A stretch of 64,000 nt of DNA from Amphiscolops sp. MND2022 (Eukaryota). The DNA is taken from assembly GCA_964187785.1 (NCBI GenBank), contig OZ076409.1, positions 61,940,001 to 62,004,000 of the forward strand. The letters run 5' to 3'. Position 1 is the stretch's first letter, and every line of letters starts with the position of its first letter. Shown here one piece after another: positions 14,212 through 27,478 of this stretch. A program made the position numbers and the translations under genes. Under the pieces are notes generated by a model. It did no database searches, was not told where the DNA came from, and was given only the letters and a program-made list of their open reading frames with translations.

Positions 14212-17200
14212 ATGGACAGTGCAACAATGAAATGGCTCTGTTTCTCTGGAAAACAAGAAGATTTCGCAACATGGAGTACCAGGTTCATCGCTTATATTCA
14301 AACGAAAAATCTTTTCGAAACACTGGCTGGCACAGCAGTGGAACCCGCAGCTTTGGGAGACGCTCCGACGAATGAGCAGAGAGAAGCTCATAGAGTTGCA
14401 ACAGAGGAGTTTGAAAACAATAAGAAGAAATTCCGAGATGACAAAAACACACTGTGGTGCATGCTGGCTCTGACACTTGATTCGACAAGTCTAATGCTGA
14501 TACGACATGATTGTGTTGGAAAAGATGGCCTTGGTGACGGAACCAGAGCATGGAATCTTTTGAAGGAAAGATTCAGAAGTGAAGAATCACCAACAGTTGT
14601 GGCTCTTGTATCTCAAATTGCAAGAATGCGACTGAAACCAGACGAGGCACTGCACGAGTATTTCATCAGAGCACAAGAATTGATGACCAGGCTGAGTGAT
14701 GCAGGTGAACGCATTTCGGAGACGATATTCATGGCGTTGGTTCTCAATGGACTTCCTGAGAAATTCGAGAATTTTGTGGTGCAGGAAAGTTTCAATCCAT
14801 CCGCCAACTTCACTGAGTTGAGATCGAGATTGACAAACTTCGAGGAAAGCCGCAAGCAGCGCAATGGCGAAGAAGAGCAGCAAAATCAGCATGTGGCAAT
14901 GCCGTCAAGGGGGAAGTTCGAGAAGAGTAGCAGTAAGTCAAAAAGTTTTAATTATAAAAATAAGGAAAAGGCCGAGGAAAGCAAGCGATTGAGTTGTTAT
15001 TGCTGTGGTAAAGTAGGTCATATAGCCAAAAATTGTTTTTTGAGAAACAAAGCAGAATGTCGAAAATGTGGTAAAAAAGGACATTTAGACGTTACTTGTA
15101 GGAGTCAAAGTACGGAGAAAACCGCCGTACAAATGCCCAACTCTCAAAGTCTACATTCAGTTCACCTGAGTTCAGGAAGCAAAGTAGTGAGTAAGGACAA
15201 AGTTTTAATTGACTCAGGATGCACAGATCACATTCTGACAGACCGAAAATTTTTCCAAAACCTCAGAGAGATAACGTCTAGCGTAAAAAATCCGGATGTA
15301 AGTTTTTGCAAAATTGAAGGTACTGGAGACGTTGAAGTCGAACTTCGTAATGAAAATGGAAGTACAGACACGTTGATAATGAGGGATGTACTTTTCGTAC
15401 CAAGTTATGAAACAAACTTAGTTTCAGTGTCAAAATTAGTCGAAAAAGGACACAGAGTCGAGTTCAGCTCGAACTGTTCGCAATTGAAAACTGAAAAAGG
15501 TGCAAAGTACAGAATTGATAGAGAAGGAAGTCTTTATACTATCCAAATGAAACTAGTTGAAAACCTTTGAGTTTTGCTACGCATGCAAAGAAAATGACTG
15601 ACTTGGAAACATGGCACAAAAGATTAGGTCATGCAAATGAGCGAAGTACAAGACTCACGGTACCTAGTTTGAAGAAGTGTGAGTTCTTTTGCGAAACGTG
15701 TGCACTTAGTAAGATTCACGAGAGGCCAGTACCTCGTGAAGCAGGTTCGAAGGCTAGCAAAAAGTTAGAAAGAGTGTATACTGACATAATGGGGCCAATT
15801 GAACCCGCAAGTATCAATGGTTATCGATACGCTATCACTTTTATTGACGAGTATACGAAATACGCAGTTGTGAAATTCATGAAATTCAAGTCTGAGGCAC
15901 TTGAAAAACTAAAACAGTAGGTAGCCGAAGAAGGCGTACCCGATAAACTGCGTAGCGATAACGCAAAAGAATATAAAAGTCAAAGTTTTGAAAAATTTTG
16001 TGTCGAGAATAAGATAAAGCGGGAATTTACAGTTCCAGAGACACCGCAACAAAATGGAGTAGCTGAAAGATATAATAGAACGCTAGCAGAGATGACTAGA
16101 TGTAACTTGATAGAAGGCAAGCTTTCTAAAATGTACTGGGTTCGAGCGATGGCAACAGCGAATTACACTTTGAATCGCATAACGAACGAGAAAACTAAAA
16201 AATCTCCATTTGAACTGTTTTTTGGTAAAAAACCTGACTTGACAAAACTTCGGGTATTTGGATGCACAGTCTTCATGCAGAAACGAAAACAGCAACGAAG
16301 TAAACTAGAACCTAGAGGTGTCAAATGTAAGTTTTTAGGATACGATGATTGTAGTCCATCTTACGTTGTTCAAGAGATTGACTCAGGTAAAATTCATTTT
16401 GCGAGAAATACTATCTTCAATGAGAACGAGATACCGAGCTCAGATTTCAGCGGAGACAGCGTTGTTAGATCAGATGACGATTCCATTATCGATATTTTTG
16501 AAAAGATTGCTGAAAAGAAGGCAAATGAAAATTCAACATATCAAGAGAAAGTTGAAACTACAAATTTGCGTACATATGCGCAAGAAGAAAAACAATCCGA
16601 TGAAGTTGAAAGTCTTGTTGATAATCAAGCACTATATGAGGTATGTAATGATGCCACCATGAGTCAAGTAGTTAAAGAAGAGAATGAAGAAAATGACAAT
16701 AGAGCACAAGGTACTTCGTACAGACCTAACCTCAATGACTGTTGTCAAATTGTTCTCGGAGGACAAACTTTTAGATGTTTACCCCGTGAAAATATAGTTG
16801 ATCGCTCAGAAGCGAGTGAGAAGAAAGAAAAATCACCGTTGAAAAAACTTTTGAGGCGAGGAGCTCGAAATAGGAGCGTACCAACAAGATATGGTACTAC
16901 ATACACGCATAAAAGTGAGAAAGTTGATATTTTTGAGCCAAAAACATATAGTGAAGCTGTCGAAAGCTCAGACAAAGCATTATGGTTAGTAGCAATGCAG
17001 CAAGAAATGAATGCTTTTGCTGAAAATGAAACTTGGAGTTTGGTAGAGAGACCAAAAGATAAAAATGTGATAAACGGAAAATGGGTCTTCAAAGTAAAAC
17101 AGAAAGAAGGAGGCGAAATAGACAAATATAAAGCAAGATATGTAGCTAAAGGCTATGCTCAAGTGGAAGGAGTTGATTTCAATGAAACGTTCGCTCCAAC

Positions 17201-18524
17201 ATGTCGACCTGAAACATTCAGAACAGTATTAGCGATAGCTGCAAGTAAAAAAGTTAGCATAGAGCAAATGGATGTAAAGTCTGCATATTTACATTCTGAA
17301 ATTCAAGAAGAAATTTACCTAGAGCAGCCTGAAGGATTTGAGAAAGGGAACAATTTAGTGTGTAAATTGAGAAAGTCTATATATGGCTTGAGACAAGCAG
17401 CAAGAAATTCGTACAAAAAATTACATGATTTTTTGCTAGAAAAAGAAATGACAAAAAGTGCTAACGATCCGTGTCTATTCACAAGAAAAAGTCAAGATAA
17501 CTTCCTGTACATTTTAACGTGGGTAGATGACATTTTGATAGTGGGAAATAAACCCGAGGACGTTCAAAAACTGAAATATAGTCTTTCCCAAAACTTTAAA
17601 ATGGAAGATAGAGGCAAAATCAAACACTTCTTAGGGCTCAGGATTAGCCAAAATGATGATGGTATTAGTGTAGATCAGGAAATGTTCATCCAGAACGTGC
17701 TTAGAAGGTTCGGAATGGAAGATTGTAAGCCTAAAAAAACTCCAGCTGAGATGAATCTCAAATTAGAGAGAAGTAGCGAACCAAGGAGTGATATAGACGT
17801 AACAGCTTATAGAAGTTTAGTTGGATCATTGCTTTATGTGTCAAAACAAACAAGACCTGATGTCACTTGGATTACGAATCAGTTATCACGTCATATGCAA
17901 AGTCCAACGCAACAACATTGGATTGCAGCAAAAAGAATTTTGCGATATCTGCAATTCACCAAGACAATGAAGATTGTTTATGACGGAAATTGCGACCTAA
18001 TACTTCAAGGTGCATCAGATGCAGATTGGAGTGGAGATGCATCAGATCGGAAGTCAACCACTGGATTCTATTGCAAGCTTAGTGACAGTGGGGGAGCAAT
18101 CAGTTGGAACTGCAAAAAGCAAAACACAGTCGCCTTATCAAGTTGTGAGTCAGAGTACCAAGGAATGTGTGCAGCAGTTCAAGAAGCGATCTTTTTGAGA
18201 CAACTATTAGAAGATTTGTTCATTCCGCAGATGAAACCAACACAAATTGCGGAAGACAACCAGAGTTGCATAAAACTATGTAACAATCCAGTATTCCATA
18301 AAAGGTCGAAACACATGTCGACAAAACTTCATTACATCAGAGAGAAAGTGGAAGATGGAAGTGTGGAAATATTTTATCAACCAACCGAAGAAATGGCAGT
18401 CGATATTTTCACCAAAGCACTGGGAAAACTGAAGCATGAGAAGCATCGAAACTATTTACTTGGAGAACACCTGTTGAAAGATGCAGACTTATCCTATAGT
18501 GGGAAATTACCCGGAAAAGTCTGA
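14212..18524 (+). pseudogene. copia gag-pol polyprotein, disrupted by a frameshift at ~15567 and a TAG at 15918-15920
   Basis: Two CCHC knuckles, protease IDSGCT, GAG-pre-integrase WHKRLGH..CETC, integrase D-D-E (YTDI / RSDN / VAER, read across the TAG), RT WVDD and RNase H SDADW/SEY/EDNQ. Confidence 0.93.
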
Positions 18525-18531
18525 GTGGGGG

Positions 18532-18842
18532 TGTTGAGGTGATGACCTAAAAGAACATAGATGAATGCCCGAGATGTAAACAGATCACTGAACTATAAAT
18601 TAGCAAAGCAGGCGTGAAAACTTATTGACCTGTTGATGAGTAAACTTTGCTAATAAACACGTGCTTCCTATAACTATTTAATTGTCCTGTTAAGTATTTG
18701 TTTGTAATTATTATCGACCAGAGTTGAGATAAATTCATTACCCCGGATTTGTGATTCTAATATTCAGTTGACTATTAACTAATCTCTGTTTTCATCACGC
18801 TACGCGAAATACTGCGCGATAGACTAAATCCTGATCGTAACA
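18532..18842 (+). repeat. 3' LTR of copia element
   Basis: Direct repeat of 13770-14080, preceded by the PPT. Confidence 0.97.
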
Positions 18843-19946
18843 TATACAATGGACGACTCGAAGCTGTGATTTAGCTTGGCTCCTCGCAGTACCTATTTGC
18901 ATTTTTTTCTCCGTCAAATCTATTCTCCATGGACATACCACTGAGCTAAGAGCAAAGAATTTTCTCAAGAGAATATTGAGTAGAGGGAAATTCGAAACTT
19001 ATTCCAACAGAAGCCTTATCTTCTAACTACACAACGATCAACAAAAATGAGCACTTCGATACTTGGAGCATATTTTTTTTCGAAAAACGCAATTTTTTTC
19101 GAAAATAGAAAACTGGGCAGCCTTCGCAGCAGATATTTTTTCAATTCTTTGGATCGGCAGACCCGCGTAAACGTTTCGAAAAAGCTTTTTCTTTTTAAAG
19201 GTAAGTAGTCAAAGGTTTCAGCTTCAAATTGTTCCGTACCCACGTTGGAATTTTCGTACCCAGGAAACCAACCAAAAAATGCATCAAACAGCCGTACAAT
19301 GAAAAATTTGAAACCTTATTGTTAATATCCCGTAATTCTTGAATTGAAAAAAGCGTTTCTCCAAAGCAACACGGTTAGTAGACGAAGTCTTGGTGGATGT
19401 TGAACTTGGTGGATGTTCATACTTTCGAAAAACATCATACTGATGTAGTGTAAACGGTTAAAAATAGATAATTTTGGCATTTTTTGAACATTTCGAGCCA
19501 ATTTCATACAATAAACCTCGGTTTGCCTTCTTCAAAAGTATGCTAAGTAGGTTGTCAGTCTTAGATCTATGTGCATAATTACACCCACTAAATTGTCAAG
19601 AAGTAGAAAATAAGATGAAATGTCAAAAATTTACATCTTTTCTTTTTCGGGCATTTCGAGTTACATTATGAACTTCGGATTTCTATCTCAAGCGTGCTAA
19701 GTAGGTACTTTTTTCTGCGAGCTATATGTATAGTAATAACCACAAAAACGTCCAGAAATCGAACAAAAGATGCATGAAAATGTCAAACATTGAGAAGAAA
19801 CATTTTTAGTTTTTGGGCATCACGTCTTTTTACATGATAAACCTAGGATTTCTTGGACAGTGTGCTTAGTAGGTACTTTTATCTTTGAACTCAGTTTATA
19901 GTGATACTTACCGAAACATCCAAAAAACGCATGAAAATGAAATTAA

Positions 19947-20524
19947 CCCTAAATGGACCATTGGGACGTATACGTCCCAGTTAGTTTCTGCAATATTCTA
20001 AACGAACCAGCTGACCGTATGTTAAAGAAAACTCTTGAATAAGATTTTCGGACAATTTTACATAGCAATGCATGCATTTTCACGGAATATTGACTTGTTG
20101 CCTCCAAAATCAGGAAAACGGGACCAAAAAATCAAAAAAAAAGTCAGCGCAGATTTTCCATTTTTTCAGTTTTCGCTAATGACCACTTTATCCCACTGGT
20201 TTCAAGATTGGGTAAAAGTGGCTCCAGCATGTGTTGAAACATACTGAAATGCAGTCAGAAACACGAGGCGTGCAAAGTTTTGGCGCAAAGTCCGGAGCCA
20301 GCACGCCAGCGGAGGACTTCGCGCAAAAAACTTTGCGCGCAAGGGGCCCGCGCTAGCGGGCCCCCAGACCAACTGTTTGAAAGTCAAAATGAAAGCCCTG
20401 ATAGTCTTCTTTTGAACGCACTAAAAATCGTTTGTCGGACTTGAATAGTTTAGGAGATATTGCGGTTTAAAGTTTAAGCACCAGAATTTTGAATGAATCC
20501 GGAAATTTCCTGGTCCATTTAGGG
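19947..20524. mobile_element. piggyBac-type MITE
   Basis: TTAA on both flanks and a perfect 14-bp TIR CCCTAAATGGACCA / TGGTCCATTTAGGG. Confidence 0.85.
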
Positions 20525-21071
20525 TTAAGAAAAAAAGTGAACATTGAAAAATTGTTTGGGCATTTTTAAATATTGAACTTCAGATGTCTTTCAAATGGCA
20601 TCCTTAACAAGAACTGTCGAAATTTGAATTTCATCAAAATGTAATTTTTTGCGGGGCGATTTCTCATAGCACATCATCTGTAATGATTTTAATTCTCAGT
20701 GAAATTAAAATGTTAGTGTTTTCAATAATGAAAAAAATCATCGGAAAAAAACACATCAATTTTTTTGAATAGATTTAGAAGATAAACACCAAACAGCCCT
20801 AAGTTGCAAACTAATTCCCTCGCTGGATCTCGCTTTCTCTAAATCTGGGAAGTTGGCCTTTTAGATTGTCACACTGAGGTGTGAAGCAATAAAGTCACGG
20901 TTCATGTTATACTTCAATACTGACTTAAAACAGTTGCTAACTAAAGCTGATATTTCCAAACTAAAATCAGATTCGGTGAAAAAATCATTTAGATGAAGGG
21001 ATTCCAATTTACAGGAAAGTATCAACAAATCAATATTAATAAAATACACAGACAACTAAAGACATCAGCTT

Positions 21072-24000
21072 TCAATTATTCGTCGGCAAGTTTTTCAATA
21101 GATTTTTTATACTCTCGTCACTAACGTCCAAATCATGTACAGTCATTCTATCATTGTCCGCGATATCGGTTCGCGCTTGCTGCTGTAATAAAAACTGGGT
21201 CAGTTCTATGTGTTCACAAGACACTGCATAATGCAAAGCCGTCTGGCCTTCATTGTCAGTCAAATCTATATTGGCACCGAAGTCTTTCAAAAGCGTACTA
21301 ATAAATTCGGAATTTCCGCGGTCAGCACCCCAGTGTATTAGACCCATCCCCGTTTCTGGGTCTAAAAAATCAACAGAAGGTAATGCATTGTCTTTCAACA
21401 ATTTCACGACTTTCTCAAATCTTCCATTTTGGCACCAATCAAAAATGGTTTTGTCTTGGTCGGGCGTTTCATTTGCATCTTCGACCACGAGTTTACTGAC
21501 AGACTGAGAAAGTTTGATACCCTGTGAGCCTAAACCAGATGTTTCAACTTCCCAGTTCGGAAAAATAGAGGATACACGTTCGATGTATTCAAATTGCGCT
21601 TGAGTTTGTGACATTCCCAACACGTTTTTCCACGCCGAGTGTTTTGCCTTTCCGTTGTAGTCCCAGAAATAGGGCGCAAGGGTTGTGCAGTCTCCTTCGT
21701 TGGCTTGCTTGTACCTGCAGTAACCATATAATCATCAAGTTTTTTTCGCCCATATTTCTCATGTAAAGCGGAAAATCAACTTTCCAGTTGCGTTTTGCCA
21801 TACGCTCATTTTGTATTTATTATACAGAGCTCCTCCGATAGAAGAGTTTATGGAGATTCATAATTTTTCCGAGATTCATAACTAGTGGTGCAACATTCGT
21901 TCAAAATTAGCATTCGAACATTTGCTAGTAACATTCGAATATTCGTCGAACGTTCGGCTCCTCTTCGAACGTTGGGTAAAAAATTGAAAAAATAAGGAAT
22001 GAAACATTTATTAGCATAAAATATTCCAGTTTTCATGCAAAAATTTTTGCAAATTTACGTGTTCTGTTGAAGAAAAAATTCACACTTAAGCAGAGATATA
22101 GACAATGGAAACTGTTAGGCGGGTATAAGTCCAACAAGCCAGCACCGGCCCAAGTCGGCGCCATATCCAAGGCTCAAAAATAACAAAAGGACTTCCAAGA
22201 GTCAATTTACAGTACTCGAAAATCGAAAAAAGCAAAAACAATGGACCGAGTGGCACGTCGGGGCCCGCTAGCGCGAGCCCATGGCGCGCTAAAAGGGGGA
22301 TACTTCCGAAATTGTTAACATTTTTGTCGCAGTTGAAGGGGGACCCATTGGAGAAAAACAAATTTTCGAAAAAGCCTCACAATGCCGAAAAACTGAAAGG
22401 GGGGACCCTTTGGGATTTTTAAACATCCATTCTGACGCAAAATATCAAACAAATTAAAGGGGGAAAATTTTTATTTTCGGAAAAAATCTCACAGTGCCGA
22501 AAAAACTGAAAGGGGGGACCCTTTGGGATTTTCCAACATCCATTCTGACGCAAAATAGCAAAAAATGAAGGGGGGACCCTTAGGGGAAAAAAATTTCCGA
22601 AAAAAAGTCTCGCAGTGCCGAAAAAAATTGAAAGGGGGGACCCTTTGGTCTCGCCCGGTATGGTATGTTACGCGGAAAAACCTTTTTGGTTCAGTTCGCT
22701 AGACCAAATAGTGCAATTTGGTGCAATAATATTTTGTAGAACTTTCAAGAACTATTTTTGTCAGTTCGTGTGGATTGGAAAAAAAGAAAAGCCACTATAA
22801 TAGTCGCGTTTCACTTCATGAAGCGCCGACTAAAAACAATTGTGAAAGACTGCTGGTGTTTTATGAAATTCAATCAATCAGAGAGCTCCATTTCATATAA
22901 ATTATCTATTATCATATTCAACCGCTAGGGGCGCTATCACTGAATGTTCCTTCGCACGAATGTTCGCGGGGAACATTCGAATGTTGAGTGAGCGAACGAA
23001 CATTCGAACGTTCGAAAATTCGTTGCACCACTATTCATAACTTTCATTCACTAAACAAGTGACAAATTGATTTTCTGTAAATTTTGAATGTTTTAGTGAG
23101 TATAATATTGGCTTTTCCTTATTCACTTGTTATTGCTAAAACAATTCACGGCAGAAAATATCCGGGTGTTCAGTGGGCGCCTTGTTCCATCTCTGATCCT
23201 ATTCACCAAACAAGGAAACTTGGGATTTCTTGATCAAGTTAATACTCATGAGAAAAACGGATTCTAATTATTTTCTGCCTCAACAAAATTCTTATCAATG
23301 TTTACTTTGGTATTTTGGAATGACAAATGCTGAAGTTTTTTCCCAAGAACATTTATGATTTTTAGTCGGCGCTTCATGAAGTGAAACGCGACTATTATAG
23401 TGACTCTTTTTTTTCTATCCACACGAACTGACCAAAATAGTTCTTAAAAGTTCTACAAAATATTATGGTGTCAAATTGCACCATTTGGCCTAGCGAACTG
23501 GACCAAAATGGTTTTACCTGTTTTTCCGCGTAACATACCATACCCGGCGAGACCAAAGAGTCCCCCCTTTCAATTTTTTTCGGCACTGCGAGACATTTTT
23601 TTCGGATTTTTTTCGAAATTTTTTTCCCTGCATTTTTTTGATGTTTTGCGACAGAATGGATGTTGGAAAATCCCAAAGGGTTTCTCCTTTCAATTTTTTT
23701 CGGCATTGTGAGATTTTTTCCCGAAAATAAAAAAAATTTTTTCTTCAACTTTTTCATGTTTTGCGACAGAATGGATGTTGAAAAACCTCAAAGGGTCCCC
23801 CCTTTCAGTTTTTCGGCATTGTGAGACGTTAGCGCGCCACTCGGTCCATTTTTTTAGTATGTAATTTTTTCAAAAAAAATTTCGAAAAATTTTCGATTTT
23901 CGACTACTGTAAAAGAATACTTGACACTTGGAAGTCTTTTTGCTATTTTTGAGCCTTGGATATGGCGCCGACTTGGGCCGGTCCCGGCTTGTTTATCGTT

Positions 24001-24112
24001 AAACTGACCTGGCGTATAAATAAAGAAGATCGTCGGCTTTCATGTATTGGGCTTTGAGTTGCACGAAGGAAGAGGCTTCGTTGAATTTGTGCCCAGAATC
24101 CAAGTCTCCCAT
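21072..24112 (-). CDS. ACBD6: Acyl-CoA-binding domain + ankyrin-repeat protein; exons 24112-24009 and 21714-21072 (248 aa)
   Basis: Exon 1 MGDLDSGHKFNEASSFV...LLYLYAR (donor GTCAGT) splices in phase 2 to an acceptor CTGCAG, giving YKQANEGDC...FWDYNGKAKHSAWK (ACB domain). Ankyrin repeats follow (GMGLIHWGADRG, GQTALHYAVSCE). Total 747 nt in frame. Confidence 0.9.
21883..23033. mobile_element. Non-autonomous hAT-type element in the ACBD6 intron, with a nested repeat
   Basis: Perfect 12-bp TIR TAGTGGTGCAAC / GTTGCACCACTA, 8-bp TSD TTCATAAC (21875-21882, 23034-23041) and subterminal TTCGAA/AACATTCG motifs. Confidence 0.88.
22133..22836 (+). mobile_element. Interspersed repeat with subterminal inverted repeats and internal ~120-bp tandem units (Helentron/DINE-like non-autonomous element)
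   Basis: AGTCGGCGC near the 5' end and GCGCCGACT near the 3' end, with internal repeats of ATGCCGAAAAA.TGAAAGGGGGGACCCTTTGG. Related copies lie at 23359-23993 (inverted), ~5320-5716 and ~46185-46600. The class assignment is inference. Confidence 0.6.
23359..23993 (-). mobile_element. Second, inverted copy of the same DINE-like repeat
   Basis: Reverse complement of 22133-22836 (TTTTTAGTCGGCGCTTCATGAAGTGAAACGCGAC ... GACTTGGGCCGGTCCCGGCTTGTT). Confidence 0.65.
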
Positions 24113-25778
24113 TTTGATCTGAAAAGGGTGACACTTTTATTCTAGTTTGTAAATATCACGTATTGGAAGTTCAAGAACAAAACTGGGCATTTCATCCTAT
24201 GCATTTTCAACCGTTGCCGTTCGAATCGCTCACAATTTCAACCTTCCGCAATTTCGACCTAAACTAATTTTGACTAATGGATCCTAATTAGTAAGATTAA
24301 TTAGTTCTAATAGTCAAATTTTGACGGCCAGTTTCAACTACACATTATGAAGTTTGCCTTTTTTGTTCGAAAGCTGAATGACAACTAGTACGACGTTCCG
24401 AAACTCAATCAAGAGCAAGAATGAGATCATTTCAAAAAAATACAGCCATTGAAGCAGTCTGAGTTTTCAGATTCCCAGTCCCCAGTGGAGAGCTTTTCTG
24501 TTATTGCTCAGTAGGCTGGGGAAAAACACGCTTTAGGTACGGGTTCACAACAAAATATACCTGAAAAGGAGCATTTCGTGCAAACGCTGAATGAACCTTA
24601 TAACAGCTTGGTACAAATTCAAAAAAGCGGTGTTGTTACACCGGCAGTTTTTTGAAATTAAGGTAGTTTGAAAACGATGAAAAGTCCTTAAAGTCAGAAG
24701 AAAAGTGTACGGATAGTAAAGTTGAATTTTGAATCAAATAGATTTTCAAATCCTGTCTCAGTAAAAAAAATAATTAGAGTAGTCTTATGACAAGTGTTTG
24801 ATAATTCAGTTATTTACCTGAGGAAGTCTATTTTAATTGGTTAACAGGCAGCCAATTGAAACGAAGGGAAATTTAGGATTTAAAAAGAATTAGGATAATA
24901 AAATTTAACACTTATAATTGCACTTGAAAAATCGTTGGTCTAAAAATAGAACAAAAATAAGTTATAATACAAATAGATAACGCTCAATTCTAATATATCG
25001 ACATGAGCAGTTTGGATTATATTCTAAAACTTACACTAAGTTTCTCATTATTTATGTGACACCAGCTAAATTAGTAAGTAAAACAGAAATTACTTCGCTG
25101 GAAAATCAATAATTCCTAGCAGACATCGACTTAGTTGAATGGCCCAGAAGCATAACAAAACATTTTTTTACATTCACTCACTAGACGTAAACTCAACTTT
25201 TAGCAGCACACAAAAAACGTGTATATGAACAATTTCAACTAACTCGCCGGTGATAATTTATTCAAGGCAACTTTTGCATAGGACAAAATTCACAGCAGTA
25301 GTATGTTGTTTTGTTTTCTCATTCAGTGACAAAGTTTTTCAAGTCTGAGAAGGAGCCCATTTACACAAAAGTGAAATGAGAACGCGACAGAAGTTTAATC
25401 TTCTTTAAGAGCATCCGTCTTTCTAGAGCTCTCTTGGTGCCATATGTTAACGTATTCCCCTTCTGCACTGTATGCATTCAGCCCCGTTGATAACAAACAG
25501 CCCTTAATGGCCACTTAATTGAAATAACTTTTCCATTTTTTCACTTTCTAACAACTTTTCTCGTTTTCATCGCCAGCCGTCGACGCAAAATCCAATTAAA
25601 ATTTTCTTTTTATTCTTTCGCTCTCAAGCAAACTTGTGCAAAAAAACAACGCAGAAAAAAAACAGATAAAAGTCTTGATAAAATCATTTCTGAAGTTGCA
25701 ACAGTTAAACATCGGCTGCTAACAATATCTTGTTACATCTACGATAATTTATACTTGGGCAGTCTCAATTTCGGCAAA

Positions 25779-27478
25779 ATGGAAGTAGATTCTAAAGAAA
25801 ATCTGACTGTCAACGTCAAACATTGCGCGACGGACGCCGAGATTTTCATGGGAATTTCCAGATCAAATTCGTCTACAGTAAAAGGGATATCACTTCAGCT
25901 GAATAAATCAAAAGATGTAAAAATCAGTAGTGTGATGAAAGAAAGCCTAAGCGATAACAGCACAATTAAGAAAAAGAAACGAAAGCGGAAGCCCGGGCCA
26001 GTCGCCTTTCACCAGCGCCAAGCAGCTAATCAGAGAGAACGGCGAAGAATGAAATCAATAAACGAAGCATTCGAAAGACTGCAACTTCATATTCCAACTT
26101 TACCTTACGAGAAAAAACTCAGCAAAGTCGAGACTCTTCGATTGGCGATTAGCTACATCAAATTTTTGGACCAAATTTTAATCTCCTTCGATAATTACAG
26201 CCCAATCAGAAATTGTTCAACATCTTCGTATTATTCCAACGCCAGAGGATCTGGAAATGTTCTGGGGACAACACTGGATGTGAATTCTAGCGCCATTCCC
26301 ATGGAATCAGCCAGTGTCGCGGCCGCCGCTGCTTCGTCTCATTTTTCTTTGACCAATCAAAACTTCGCAGCTCAGATTCCGTTTCTAGATTACGGGGCTT
26401 TTGCTGCCAGTAACTGTCATACATATCCAACAGGTAATTCATGGTTACGTGTCAGAATATCCAAGGGGAAAATCACCTGAAAACATAACCTAAACGTTGC
26501 TTTCTCTTCTATTTCTTTGTGCTACCATCCTTGCTTTTAATGTACAGTGTGTAGCGAAGTCAAAACAGTGATTAAGACCAGTACTGGCACGTCGCTCCGC
26601 TACTGAATTTAGGGCACTATCGGTGAACGTAGCCAATGGAGATTCTCGTCTAGATTTTACTTTAGATTTTAACTTGATCGTAATTTATAGTTAGTTCATT
26701 TAAAAATATGCAAATAGCCATTTTCTGAAAATTGTGATGCCTTGGTATAAGTTAAGACCCCGAAATTATAATTTTGACACCTTTGATCGTAACTTAGGAC
26801 CCCATTCCTTAGAACTTTTTCACTATTTGTTTCACTTGCAACAGCAACGATTCCCTCTATCAGTACAAACAAAATAGTTTTTGATGAAAATTCAGTTTCC
26901 GTACTTGGATTAACATTTTGGAACAACCACGAGTAATTCTAAGCGAAAAAATCCAAAAAAATGTATTAAGAGCCATATACTGCAATTGTTGAGCATTGAA
27001 AATGCTCTTGCATTCAGAAGTCTTCGGTTATCACCAATAGTAGTCCATTATTAAAAAGCTCAAATCAAAACGATACGATACCAATCCTTGTCGTTTTTCA
27101 GGAGCGACAATTCTACCGCTTGCGAGTTTAGATTGCAAATAGACACAACATAACCCATGTGGCGTAGTGTCGCTCCAACTACACCCAGTATAATAATGTC
27201 ACTGTAAGAAACAAAACAGGATATCAAGCCTGGTCAAAATTATTGCCAAAATTTGTATCCTTTTCAGTGTTACATTAATGCATTTGTTTGCAGGAGATAC
27301 GCAAGTGCTAGAAGATACAATGTGGGGTCTTGCCACCGCGAACGGGGGAGGGATAGCCAAACGGGTGACGTCACAACACACTCACCCTGAAGTTGTCTCG
27401 GGGGGCCACTCAAACTACACCAACACAGCAGCAGGTGGTGCCCACAGGGCCATACAAGAGCACTACCTTAGATGGTAG
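25779..27478 (+). CDS. PTF1A: PTF1A/Fer1-type bHLH transcription factor; exons 25779-26433 and 27294-27478 (~279 aa)
   Basis: b[55 protein letters not shown] is typical of PTF1A. A phase-1 GT..AG intron joins exon 2, which ends in HYLRW, similar to the PTF1A HSLSW motif. The exon-2 model is less certain than the bHLH call. Confidence 0.82.

Larger units (their letters stand above)
13770..18842 (+). mobile_element. Full-length Ty1/copia LTR retrotransposon (5073 bp)
   Basis: 311-bp TG..CA LTRs, 5-bp TSD TATAC (13765-13769, 18843-18847), copia-type PBS GGTTATGGGCCCAG at 14081 and PPT GAGTGGGGG before the 3' LTR. Domain order is gag-PR-INT-RT-RNaseH. Confidence 0.98.

Noticed and set aside
15559..15572. 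CTT-TGA as a programmed +1 frameshift site in the copia ORF
   Set aside because: The downstream integrase is in the -1 frame and the +1 frame closes quickly. A 1-nt deletion is the simpler explanation.
14285..17125. Antisense ORFs within the copia element, and similar short antisense ORFs in the Polinton and LINE
   Set aside because: They are shadows of the real coding strand with no independent motifs.
19250..19930. Diverged ~155-170-bp periodicity (TGCT(A/T)AGTAGGT at ~19542, 19695, 19863) and a diverged ~200-bp duplication at ~9146-9490
   Set aside because: Ordinary decayed tandem repeats with no structural or coding signal seen.
21530..21801. Apparent frameshifted ACBD6 N-terminus in ORFs 21530..21727 and 21589..21801
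   Set aside because: A splice acceptor at 21715 and an upstream exon at 24112-24009 give an intact in-frame gene, so it is not a pseudogene.
22615..23757. Similar ORFs MPKKIERGDPLVSPGMVCYAEK on opposite strands
   Set aside because: A by-product of two inverted copies of a non-coding interspersed repeat.
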